Assembly: GCA_032718475.1 (NCBI GenBank)
Contig: JAUCBJ010006414.1
Coordinates: 45,265 to 109,264 of the forward strand
Direction of reading: 5' to 3'
DNA length: 64,000 nucleotides
Source of the DNA: Nemertoderma westbladi
Taxonomy: Eukaryota; Animalia; Xenacoelomorpha
The notes beneath the pieces were generated by a model. It saw only the letters and a list, made by a program, of their open reading frames with translations, did not search any database and was not told the DNA's origin. Of the stretch, positions 42,110-56,799 are shown piece after piece (positions within the stretch are counted from its first letter, which is position 1; each line of letters starts with the position of its first letter). Made by a program: the position numbers and the translations under genes.

Positions 42110-45100
42110 CAAACTACTCCACCACACTCGACATAATAATGCAGTTCAACAAACTTCTCCCAAGTACACACTCGACATAATAATGCAGTTCAACAAACTA
42201 CTCCACCACACTCGACATAATAATGCAGTTCAACAAACTTCTCCCAAGTACACACTCGACATAATAATGCAGTTCAACAAACTTCTCCCGAATACACACT
42301 GTCACATAATAATGCAGTTCAACAAACTACTCCACCACACTCGACATAATAATGCAGTTCAACAAACTTCTCCCAAGTACACACTCGACATAATAATGCA
42401 GTTCAACAAACTTCTCCCGAATACACACTGTCACATAATAATGCAGTTCAACAAACTACTCCACCACACTCGACATAATAATGCAGTTCAACAAACTTCT
42501 CCCAAGTACACACTCGACATAATAATGCAGTTCAACAAACTACTCCACCACACTCGACATAATAATGCAGTTCAACAAACTTCTCCCAAGTACACACTCG
42601 ACATAATAATGCAGTTCAACAAACTTCTCCCGAATACACACTGTCACATAATAATGCAGTTCAACAAACTACTCCACCACACTCGACATAATAATGCAGT
42701 TCAACAAACTTCTCCCAAGTACACACTCGACATAATAATGCAGTTCAACAAACTTCTCCCAAGTACACACTCGACATAATAATGCAGTTCAACAAACTTC
42801 TCCCAAGTACACACTCGACATAATAATGCAGTTCAACAAACTTCTCCCAAGTACACACTCGACATAATAATGCAGTTCAACAAACTTCTCCCGAATACAC
42901 ACTGTCACATAATAATGCAGTTCAACAAACTACTCCCAAGTACACACTCGACATAATAATGCAGTTCAACAAACTACTCCCAAGTACACACTCGACATAA
43001 TAATGCAGTTCAACAAACTTCTCCCAAGTACACACTCGACATAATAATGCAGTTCAACAAACTACTCCACCACACTCGACATAATAATGCAGTTCAACAA
43101 ACTTCTCCCAAGTACACACTCGACATAATAATGCAGTTCAACAAACTTCTCCCAAGTACACACTCGACATAATAATGCAGTTCAACAAACTTCTCCCAAG
43201 TACACACTCGACATAATAATGCAGTTCAACAAACTTCTCCCAAGTACACACTCGACATAATAATGCAGTTCAACAAACTTCTCCCAAGTACACACTCGAC
43301 ATAATAATGCAGTTCAACAAACTTCTCCCAAGTACACACTCGACATAATAATGCAGTTCAACAAACTACTCCACCACACTCGACATAATAATGCAGTTCA
43401 ACAAACTTCTCCCAAGTACACACTCGACATAATAATGCAGTTCAACAAACTTCTCCCAAGTACACACTCGACATAATAATGCAGTTCAACAAACTTCTCC
43501 CAAGTACACACTCGACATAATAATGCAGTTCAACAAACTTCTCCCAAGTACACACTCGACATAATAATGCAGTTCAACAAACTTCTCCCAAGTACACACT
43601 CGACATAATAATGCAGTTCAACAAACTACTCCACCACACTCGACATAATAATGCAGTTCAACAAACTTCTCCCAAGTACACACTGTCACATAATAATGCA
43701 GTTCAACAAACTTCTCCCAAGTACACACTCGACATAATAATGCAGTTCAACAAACTTCTCCCAAGTACACACTCGACATAATAATGCAGTTCAACAAACT
43801 TCTCCCAAGTACACACTCGACATAATAATGCAGTTCAACAAACTTCTCCCAAGTACACACTCGACATAATAATGCAGTTCAACAAACTTCTCCCAAGTAC
43901 ACACTCGACATAATAATGCAGTTCAACAAACTTCTCCCAAGTACACACTCGACATAATAATGCAGTTCAACAAACTTCTCCCAAGTACACACTCGACATA
44001 ATAATGCAGTTCAACAAACTTCTCCCAAGTACACACTCGACATAATAATGCAGTTCAACAAACTTCTCCCGAATACACACTCGACATAATAATGCAGTTC
44101 AACAAACTACTCCCAAGTACACACTCGACATAATAATGCAGTTCAACAAACTTCTCCCAAGTACACACTCGACATAATAATGCAGTTCAACAAACTTCTC
44201 CCAAGTACACACTCGACATAATAATGCAGTTCAACAAACTTCTCCCAAGTACACACTGTCACATAATAATGCAGTTCAACAAACTTCTCCCGAATACACA
44301 CTGTCACATAATAATGCAGTTCAACAAACTTCTCCCAAGTACACACTCGACATAATAATGCAGTTCAACAAACTTCTCCCAAGTACACACTCGACATAAT
44401 AATGCAGTTCAACAAACTACTCCACCACACTCGACATAATAATGCAGTTCAACAAACTTCTCCCAAGTACACACTCGACATAATAATGCAGTTCAACAAA
44501 CTTCTCCCAAGTACACACTCGACATAATAATGCAGTTCAACAAACTTCTCCCAAGTACACACTCGACATAATAATGCAGTTCAACAAACTTCTCCCAAGT
44601 ACACACTCGACATAATAATGCAGTTCAACAAACTTCTCCCAAGTACACACTCGACATAATAATGCAGTTCAACAAACTACTCCACCACACTCGACATAAT
44701 AATGCAGTTCAACAAACTTCTCCCAAGTACACACTGTCACATAATAATGCAGTTCAACAAACTTCTCCCAAGTACACACTCGACATAATAATGCAGTTCA
44801 ACAAACTTCTCCCAAGTACACACTCGACATAATAATGCAGTTCAACAAACTTCTCCCAAGTACACACTCGACATAATAATGCAGTTCAACAAACTTCTCC
44901 CAAGTACACACTCGACATAATAATGCAGTTCAACAAACTTCTCCCAAGTACACACTCGACATAATAATGCAGTTCAACAAACTTCTCCCAAGTACACACT
45001 CGACATAATAATGCAGTTCAACAAACTTCTCCCAAGTACACACTCGACATAATAATGCAGTTCAACAAACTTCTCCCAAGTACACACTCGACATAATAAT

Positions 45101-45570
45101 GCAGTTCAACAAACTTCTCCCGAATACACACTCGACATAATAATGCAGTTCAACAAACTACTCCCAAGTACACACTCGACATAATAATGCAGTTCAACAA
45201 ACTTCTCCCAAGTACACACTCGACATAATAATGCAGTTCAACAAACTTCTCCCAAGTACACACTCGACATAATAATGCAGTTCAACAAACTTCTCCCGAA
45301 TACACACTGTCACATAATAATGCAGTTCAACAAACTACTCCACCACACTCGACATAATAATGCAGTTCAACAAACTTCTCCCAAGTACACACTCGACATA
45401 ATAATGCAGTTCAACAAACTACTCCACCACACTCGACATAATAATGCAGTTCAACAAACTTCTCCCAAGTACACACTCGACATAATAATGCAGTTCAACA
45501 AACTTCTCCCGAATACACACTGTCACATAATAATGCAGTTCAACAAACTACTCCACCACACTCGACATAA
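42110..45570 (+). repeat. Sub-domain of C runs with the private 40-bp monomer (CTACTCC core plus ACCACACTCG tail)
   Basis: ACTACTCCACCACACTCG occurs from about 42115 to 45564; a 1051-bp block duplication lies inside it. Confidence 0.85.
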
Positions 45571-48500
45571 TAATGCAGTTCAACAAACTTCTCCCAAGTA
45601 CACACTCGACATAATAATGCAGTTCAACAAACTTCTCCCAAGTACACACTCGACATAATAATGCAGTTCAACAAACTTCTCCCGAATACACACTCGACAT
45701 AATAATGCAGTTCAACAAACTTCTCCCAAGTACACACTCGACATAATAATGCAGTTCAACAAACTTCTCCCGAATACACACTCGACATAATAATGCAGTT
45801 CAACAAACTTCTCCCAAGTACACACTCGACATAATAATGCAGTTCAACAAACTACTCCCAAGTACACACTCGACATAATAATGCAGTTCAACAAACTACT
45901 CCCGAATACACACTGTCACATAATAATGCAGTTCAACAAACTTCTCCCGAATACACACTGTCACATAATAATGCAGTTCAACAAACTACTCCCAAGTACA
46001 CACTCGACATAATAATGCAGTTCAACAAACTTCTCCCGAATACACACTCGACATAATAATGCAGTTCAACAAACTTCTCCCAAGTACACACTCGACATAA
46101 TAATGCAGTTCAACAAACTACTCCCAAGTACACACTCGACATAATAATGCAGTTCAACAAACTACTCCCGAATACACACTGTCACATAATAATGCAGTTC
46201 AACAAACTTCTCCCGAATACACACTGTCACATAATAATGCAGTTCAACAAACTTCTCCCAAGTACACACTCGACATAATAATGCAGTTCAACAAACTTCT
46301 CCCGAATACACACTCGACATAATAATGCAGTTCAACAAACTTCTCCCAAGTACACACTCGACATAATAATGCAGTTCAACAAACTACTCCCAAGTACACA
46401 CTCGACATAATAATGCAGTTCAACAAACTACTCCCGAATACACACTGTCACATAATAATGCAGTTCAACAAACTTCTCCCGAATACACACTGTCACATAA
46501 TAATGCAGTTCAACAAACTTCTCCCAAGTACACACTCGACATAATAATGCAGTTCAACAAACTTCTCCCAAGTACACACTCGACATAATAATGCAGTTCA
46601 ACAAACTTCTCCCGAATACACACTCGACATAATAATGCAGTTCAACAAACTTCTCCCAAGTACACACTCGACATAATAATGCAGTTCAACAAACTTCTCC
46701 CGAATACACACTCGACATAATAATGCAGTTCAACAAACTTCTCCCGAATACACACTCGACATAATAATGCAGTTCAACAAACTACTCCCAAGTACACACT
46801 CGACATAATAATGCAGTTCAACAAACTACTCCCAAGTACACACTCGACATAATAATGCAGTTCAACAAACTTCTCCCGAATACACACTCGACATAATAAT
46901 GCAGTTCAACAAACTTCTCCCGAATACACACTCGACATAATAATGCAGTTCAACAAACTTCTCCCAAGTACACACTCGACATAATAATGCAGTTCAACAA
47001 ACTACTCCCAAGTACACACTCGACATAATAATGCAGTTCAACAAACTACTCCCGAATACACACTGTCACATAATAATGCAGTTCAACAAACTACTCCCGA
47101 ATACACAATGTCACATAATAATGCAGTTCAACAAACTACTCCCGAATACACACTCGACATAATAATGCAGTTCAACAAACTTCTCCCGAATACACACTGT
47201 CACATAATAATGCAGTTCAACAAACTACTCCCGAATACACACTGTTACATAATAATGCAGTTCAACAAACTTCTCCCGAATACACACTGTCACATAATAA
47301 TGCAGTTCAACAAACTTCTCCCGAATACACACTGTCACATAATAATGCAGTTCAACAAACTTCTCCCGAATACACACTGTCACATAATAATGCAGTTCAA
47401 CAAACTTCTCCCGAATACACACTGTCACATAATAATGCAGTTCAACAAACTACTCCCGAATACACACTGTCACATAATAATGCAGTTCAACAAACTTCTC
47501 CCGAATACACACTGTCACATAATAATGCAGTTCAACAAACTTCTCCCGAATACACACTCGACATAATAATGCAGTTCAACAAACTACTCCCGAATACACA
47601 CTGTCACATAATAATGCAGTTCAACAAACTTCTCCCGAATACACACTCGACATAATAATGCAGTTCAACAAACTTCTCCCAAGTACACACTCGACATAAT
47701 AATGCAGTTCAACAAACTACTCCCAAGTACACACTCGACATAATAATGCAGTTCAACAAACTACTCCCGAATACACACTGTCACATAATAATGCAGTTCA
47801 ACAAACTACTCCCGAATACACACTCGACATAATAATGCAGTTCAACAAACTACTCCCGAATACACACTGTCACATAATAATGCAGTTCAACAAACTACTC
47901 CCGAATACACACTGTCACATAATAATGCAGTTCAACAAACTTCTCCCGAATACACACTCGACATAATAATGCAGTTCAACAAACTTCTCCCGAATACACA
48001 CTCGACATAATAATGCAGTTCAACAAACTTCTCCCAAGTACACACTCGACATAATAATGCAGTTCAACAAACTTCTCCCAAGTACACACTCGACATAATA
48101 ATGCAGTTCAACAAACTACTCCCAAGTACACACTCGACATAATAATGCAGTTCAACAAACTACTCCCGAATACACACTGTCACATAATAATGCAGTTCAA
48201 CAAACTACTCCCGAATACACACTGTCACATAATAATGCAGTTCAACAAACTTCTCCCAAGTACACACTCGACATAATAATGCAGTTCAACAAACTACTCC
48301 CAAGTACACACTCGACATAATAATGCAGTTCAACAAACTACTCCCGAATACACACTGTCACATAATAATGCAGTTCAACAAACTACTCCCGAATACACAC
48401 TGTCACATAATAATGCAGTTCAACAAACTTCTCCCAAGTACACACTCGACATAATAATGCAGTTCAACAAACTTCTCCCAAGTACACACTCGACATAATA

Positions 48501-51500
48501 ATGCAGTTCAACAAACTTCTCCCAAGTACACACTCGACATAATAATGCAGTTCAACAAACTACTCCCAAGTACACACTCGACATAATAATGCAGTTCAAC
48601 AAACTTCTCCCGAATACACACTCGACATAATAATGCAGTTCAACAAACTTCTCCCGAATACACACTCGACATAATAATGCAGTTCAACAAACTTCTCCCG
48701 AATACACACTCGACATAATAATGCAGTTCAACAAACTTCTCCCAAGTACACACTCGACATAATAATGCAGTTCAACAAACTACTCCCAAGTACACACTCG
48801 ACATAATAATGCAGTTCAACAAACTTCTCCCGAATACACACTCGACATAATAATGCAGTTCAACAAACTTCTCCCGAATACACACTGTCACATAATAATG
48901 CAGTTCAACAAACTTCTCCCGAATACACACTGTCACATAATAATGCAGTTCAACAAACTTCTCCCGAATACACACTCGACATAATAATGCAGTTCAACAA
49001 ACTTCTCCCGAATACACACTCGACATAATAATGCAGTTCAACAAACTTCTCCCAAGTACACACTCGACATAATAATGCAGTTCAACAAACTACTCCCAAG
49101 TACACACTCGACATAATAATGCAGTTCAACAAACTTCTCCCGAATACACACTCGACATAATAATGCAGTTCAACAAACTTCTCCCAAGTACACACTCGAC
49201 ATAATAATGCAGTTCAACAAACTACTCCCAAGTACACACTCGACATAATAATGCAGTTCAACAAACTTCTCCCGAATACACACTCGACATAATAATGCAG
49301 TTCAACAAACTTCTCCCGAATACACACTCGACATAATAATGCAGTTCAACAAACTTCTCCCGAATACACACTCGACATAATAATGCAGTTCAACAAACTT
49401 CTCCCAAGTACACACTCGACATAATAATGCAGTTCAACAAACTACTCCCAAGTACACACTCGACATAATAATGCAGTTCAACAAACTTCTCCCGAGTACA
49501 CACTCGACATAATAATGCAGTTCAACAAACTTCTCCCGAATACACACTCGACATAATAATGCAGTTCAACAAACTTCTCCCGAATACACACTGTCACATA
49601 ATAATGCAGTTCAACAAACTTCTCCCGAATACACACTCGACATAATAATGCAGTTCAACAAACTTCTCCCGAATACACACTCGACATAATAATGCAGTTC
49701 AACAAACTTCTCCCAAGTACACACTCGACATAATAATGCAGTTCAACAAACTACTCCCGAATACACACTGTCACATAATAATACAGTTCAACAAACTTCT
49801 CCACCACACTCGACATAATAATGCAGTTCAACAAACTTCTCCCGAATACACACTCGACATAATAATGCAGTTCAACAAACTTCTCCCGAATACACACTCG
49901 ACATAATAATGCAGTTCAACAAACTTCTCCCGAATACACACTGTCACATAATAATGCAGTTCAACAAACTTCTCCCGAATACACACTGTCACATAATAAT
50001 GCAGTTCAACAAACTACTCCCGAATACACACTGTCACATAATAATGCAGTTCAACAAACTTCTCCCGAATACACACTCGACATAATAATGCAGTTCAACA
50101 AACTTCTCCCAAGTACACACTCGACATAATAATGCAGTTCAACAAACTACTCCCAAGTACACACTCGACATAATAATGCAGTTCAACAAACTACTCCCGA
50201 ATACACACTGTCACATAATAATGCAGTTCAACAAACTACTCCCGAATACACACTGTCACATAATAATGCAGTTCAACAAACTTCTCCCAAGTACACACTC
50301 GACATAATAATGCAGTTCAACAAACTTCTCCCAAGTACACACTCGACATAATAATGCAGTTCAACAAACTACTCCCAAGTACACACTCGACATAATAATG
50401 CAGTTCAACAAACTTCTCCCGAATACACACTCGACATAATAATGCAGTTCAACAAACTTCTCCCGAATACACACTCGACATAATAATGCAGTTCAACAAA
50501 CTTCTCCCGAATACACACTGTCACATAATAATGCAGTTCAACAAACTACTCCCAAGTACACACTCGACATAATAATGCAGTTCAACAAACTTCTCCCGAA
50601 TACACACTCGACATAATAATGCAGTTCAACAAACTTCTCCCGAATACACACTGTCACATAATAATGCAGTTCAACAAACTTCTCCCGAATACACACTGTT
50701 ACATAATAATGCAGTTCAACAAACTTCTCCCGAATACACACTGTTACATAATAATGCAGTTCAACAAACTTCTCCCGAATACACACTGTCACATAATAAT
50801 GCAGTTCAACAAACTTCTCCCGAATACACACTGTTACATAATAATGCAGTTCAACAAACTTCTCCCGAATACACACTCGACATAATAATGCAGTTCAACA
50901 AACTACTCCCAAGTACACACTCGACATAATAATGCAGTTCAACAAACTTCTCCCGAATACACACTCGACATAATAATGCAGTTCAACAAACTTCTCCCGA
51001 ATACACACTGTCACATAATAATGCAGTTCAACAAACTTTTCCCGAATACACACTGTTACATAATAATGCAGTTCAACAAACTTCTCCCGAATACACACTG
51101 TTACATAATAATGCAGTTCAACAAACTTCTCCCGAATACACACTGTCACATAATAATGCAGTTCAACAAACTTCTCCCGAATACACACTGTTACATAATA
51201 ATGCAGTTCAACAAACTTCTCCCGAATACACACTCGACATAATAATGCAGTTCAACAAACTACTCCCGAATACACACTGTCACATAATAATGCAGTTCAA
51301 CAAACTACTCCCAAGTACACACTCGACATAATAATGCAGTTCAACAAACTTCTCCCGAATACACACTCGACATAATAATGCAGTTCAACAAACTTCTCCC
51401 GAATACACACTGTTACATAATAATGCAGTTCAACAAACTTCTCCCGAATACACACTGTCACATAATAATGCAGTTCAACAAACTTCTCCCGAATACACAC

Positions 51501-51700
51501 TGTCACATAATAATGCAGTTCAACAAACTTCTCCCGAATACACACTGTCACATAATAATGCAGTTCAACAAACTTCTCCCAAGTACACACTGTCACATAA
51601 TAATGCGGTTCAACAAACTTCTCCCGAATACACACTGTCACATAATAATGCAGTTCAACAAACTACTCCCGAATACACACTGTCACATAATAATGCAGTT
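45570..51700 (+). repeat. Sub-domain enriched in the CTACTCC core variant and D monomers
   Basis: Frequent AAACTACTCC between about 45850 and 51670; 357-bp duplication (ORFs 50538 vs 50895) carrying TGTTAC junctions. Confidence 0.8.
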
Positions 51701-51879
51701 CAACAAACTTCTCCCGAATACACACTGTCACATAATAATGCAGTTCAACAAACTTCTCCCAAGTACACACTCGACATAATAATGCAGTTCAACAAACTTC
51801 TCCCGAATACACACTGTCACATAATAATGCAGTTCAACAAACTTCTCCCAAGTACACACTGTCACATAATAATGCAGTT

Positions 51880-53570
51880 CAACAAACTTCTCCCTTATAC
51901 ACACTGTTACATAATAATGCAGTTCAACAAACTTCTCCCAAGTACACACTCGACATAATAATGTAGTTCAACAAACTTCTCCCAAGTACACACTGTCACA
52001 TAATAATGCAGTTCAACAAACTTCTCCCTTATACACACTGTTACATAATAATGCAGTTCAACAAACTTCTCCCAAGTACACACTCGACATAATAATGTAG
52101 TTCAACAAACTTCTCCCAAGTACACACTGTCACATAATAATGCAGTTCAACAAACTTCTCCCGAATACACACTGTCACATAATAATGCAGTTCAACAAAC
52201 TTCTCCCAAGTACACACTCGACATAATAATGCAGTTCAACAAACTTCTCCCAAGTACACACTCGACATAATAATGTAGTTCAACAAACTTCTCCCAAGTA
52301 CACACTGTCACATAATAATGCAGTTCAACAAACTTCTCCCTTATACACACTGTTACATAATAATGCAGTTCAACAAACTTCTCCCAAGTACACACTCGAC
52401 ATAATAATGCAGTTCAACAAACTTCTCCCGAATACACACTGTCACATAATAATGCAGTTCAACAAACTTCTCCCAAGTACACACTGTCACATAATAATGC
52501 AGTTCAACAAACTTCTCCCTTATACACACTGTTACATAATAATGCAGTTCAACAAACTTCTCCCAAGTACACACTCGACATAATAATGTAGTTCAACAAA
52601 CTTCTCCCAAGTACACACTGTCACATAATAATGCAGTTCAACAAACTTCTCCCTTATACACACTGTTACATAATAATGCAGTTCAACAAACTTCTCCCAA
52701 GTACACACTCGACATAATAATGTAGTTCAACAAACTTCTCCCAAGTACACACTGTCACATAATAATGCAGTTCAACAAACTTCTCCCGAATACACACTGT
52801 TACATAATAATGCAGTTCAACAAACTTCTCCCAAGTACACACTCGACATAATAATGTAGTTCAACAAACTTCTCCCAAGTACACACTGTCACATAATAAT
52901 GCAGTTCAACAAACTTCTCCCTTATACACACTGTTACATAATAATGCAGTTCAACAAACTTCTCCCTTATACACACTGTTACATAATAATGCAGTTCAAC
53001 AAACTTCTCCCTTATACACACTGTTACATAATAATGTAGTTCAACAAACTTCTCCCAAGTACACACTGTCACATAATAATGCAGTTCAACAAACTTCTCC
53101 CTTATACACACTGTTACATAATAATGCAGTTCAACAAACTTCTCCCTTATACACACTGTTACATAATAATGTAGTTCAACAAACTTCTCCCAAGTACACA
53201 CTGTCACATAATAATGCAGTTCAACAAACTTCTCCCTTATACACACTGTTACATAATAATGCAGTTCAACAAACTTCTCCCAAGTACACACTCGACATAA
53301 TAATGTAGTTCAACAAACTTCTCCCAAGTACACACTGTCACATAATAATGCAGTTCAACAAACTTCTCCCGAATACACACTGTTACATAATAATGCAGTT
53401 CAACAAACTTCTCCCAAGTACACACTCGACATAATAATGTAGTTCAACAAACTTCTCCCAAGTACACACTGTCACATAATAATGCAGTTCAACAAACTTC
53501 TCCCAAGTACACACTGTCACATAATAATGCAGTTCAACAAACTTCTCCCTTATACACACTGTTACATAAT
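51880..53570 (+). repeat. Sub-domain with the private tail CTTATACACACTGTT
   Basis: CCCTTATACACACTGTTAC was seen only from 51892 to about 53565; 625-bp duplication (ORFs 51728 vs 52353). Confidence 0.88.
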
Positions 53571-56500
53571 AATGCAGTTCAACAAACTTCTCCCAAGTAC
53601 ACACTCGACATAATAATGTAGTTCAACAAACTTCTCCCAAGTACACACTGTCACATAATAATGCAGTTCAACAAACTTCTCCCGAATACACACTGTCACA
53701 TAATAATGCAGTTCAACAAACTTCTCCCAAGTACACACTCGACATAATAATGCAGTTCAACAAACTTCTCCCAAGTACACACTCGACATAATAATGCAGT
53801 TCAACAAACTTCTCCCGAATACACACTGTCACATAATAATGCAGTTCAACAAACTTCTCCCGAATACACACTGTCACATAATAATGCAGTTCAACAAACT
53901 TCTCCCGAATACACACTGTCACATAATAATGCAGTTCAACAAACTTCTCCCAAGTACACACTCGACATAATAATGCAGTTCAACAAACTTCTCCCGAATA
54001 CACACTCGACATAATAATGCAGTTCAACAAACTTCTCCCAAGTACACACTCGACATAATAATGCAGTTCAACAAACTTCTCCCGAATACACACTGTCACA
54101 TAATAATGCAGTTCAACAAACTTCTCCCGAATACACACTCGACATAATAATGCAGTTCAACAAACTTCTCCCGAATACACACTCGACATAATAATGCAGT
54201 TCAACAAACTTCTCCCAAGTACACACTCGACATAATAATGCAGTTCAACAAACTTCTCCCGAATACACACTGTTACATAATAATGCAGTTCAACAAACTT
54301 CTCCCAAGTACACACTGTTACATAATAATGCAGTTCAACAAACTTCTCCCGAATACACACTGTCACATAATAATGCAGTTCAACAAACTTCTCCCAAGTA
54401 CACACTCGACATAATAATGCAGTTCAACAAACTTCTCCCGAATACACACTGTTACATAATAATGCAGTTCAACAAACTTCTCCCAAGTACACACTCGACA
54501 TAATAATGCAGTTCAACAAACTTCTCCCAAGTACACACTCGACATAATAATGCAGTTCAACAAACTTCTCCCAAGTACACACTCGACATAATAATGCAGT
54601 TCAACAAACTTCTCCCAAGTACACACTGTCACATAATAATGCAGTTCAACAAACTTCTCCCAAGTACACACTCGACATAATAATGCAGTTCAACAAACTT
54701 CTCCCAAGTACACACTCGACATAATAATGCAGTTCAACAAACTTCTCCCGAATACACACTGTCACATAATAATGCAGTTCAACAAACTTCTCCCGAATAC
54801 ACACTGTCACATAATAATGCAGTTCAACAAACTTCTCCCGAATACACACTGTCACATAATAATGCAGTTCAACAAACTTCTCCCAAGTACACACTCGACA
54901 TAATAATGCAGTTCAACAAACTTCTCCCAAGTACACACTCGACATAATAATGCAGTTCAACAAACTTCTCCCGAATACACACTGTCACATAATAATGCAG
55001 TTCAACAAACTTCTCCCAAGTACACACTCGACATAATAATGCAGTTCAACAAACTTCTCCCAAGTACACACTCGACATAATAATGCAGTTCAACAAACTT
55101 CTCCCAAGTACACACTCGACATAATAATGCAGTTCAACAAACTTCTCCCGAATACACACTGTCACATAATAATGCAGTTCAACAAACTTCTCCCAAGTAC
55201 ACACTCGACATAATAATGCAGTTCAACAAACTTCTCCCAAGTACACACTCGACATAATAATGCAGTTCAACAAACTTCTCCCGAATACACACTGTCACAT
55301 AATAATGTAGTTCAACAAACTTCTCCCGAATACACACTGTCACATAATAATGTAGTTCAACAAACTTCTCCCGAATACACACTGTCACATAATAATGCAG
55401 TTCAACAAACTTCTCCCGAATACACACTGTCACATAATAATGCAGTTCAACAAACTTCTCCCGAATACACACTGTCACATAATAATGTAGTTCAACAAAC
55501 TTCTCCCAAGTACACACTCGACATAATAATGCAGTTCAACAAACTTCTCCCGAATACACACTGTCACATAATAATGCAGTTCAACAAACTTCTCCCGAAT
55601 ACACACTGTCACATAATAATGTAGTTCAACAAACTTCTCCCGAATACACACTGTCACATAATAATGCAGTTCAACAAACTTCTCCCAAGTACACACTCGA
55701 CATAATAATGCAGTTCAACAAACTTCTCCCGAATACACACTGTCACATAATAATGCAGTTCAACAAACTTCTCCCGAATACACACTGTCACATAATAATG
55801 TAGTTCAACAAACTTCTCCCGAATACACACTGTCACATAATAATGCAGTTCAACAAACTTCTCCCAAGTACACACTCGACATAATAATGCAGTTCAACAA
55901 ACTTCTCCCGAATACACACTGTCACATAATAATGCAGTTCAACAAACTTCTCCCAAGTACACACTCGACATAATAATGCAGTTCAACAAACTTCTCCCAA
56001 GTACACACTCGACATAATAATGCAGTTCAACAAACTTCTCCCGAATACACACTGTCACATAATAATGTAGTTCAACAAACTTCTCCCGAATACACACTGT
56101 CACATAATAATGCAGTTCAACAAACTTCTCCCAAGTACACACTCGACATAATAATGCAGTTCAACAAACTTCTCCCGAATACACACTGTCACATAATAAT
56201 GCAGTTCAACAAACTTCTCCCGAATACACACTGTCACATAATAATGTAGTTCAACAAACTTCTCCCGAATACACACTGTCACATAATAATGCAGTTCAAC
56301 AAACTTCTCCCAAGTACACACTCGACATAATAATGCAGTTCAACAAACTTCTCCCGAATACACACTGTCACATAATAATGCAGTTCAACAAACTTCTCCC
56401 AAGTACACACTCGACATAATAATGCAGTTCAACAAACTTCTCCCAAGTACACACTCGACATAATAATGCAGTTCAACAAACTTCTCCCGAATACACACTG

Positions 56501-56799
56501 TCACATAATAATGTAGTTCAACAAACTTCTCCCGAATACACACAGTCACATAATAATGCAGTTCAACAAACTTCTCCCAAGTACACACTCGACATAATAA
56601 TGCAGTTCAACAAACTTCTCCCGAATACACACTGTCACATAATAATGCAGTTCAACAAACTTCTCCCAAGTACACACTCGACATAATAATGCAGTTCAAC
56701 AAACTTCTCCCGAATACACACTGTCACATAATAATGCAGTTCAACAAACTTCTCCCGAATACACACTCGACATAATAATGCAGTTCAACAAACTTCTCC

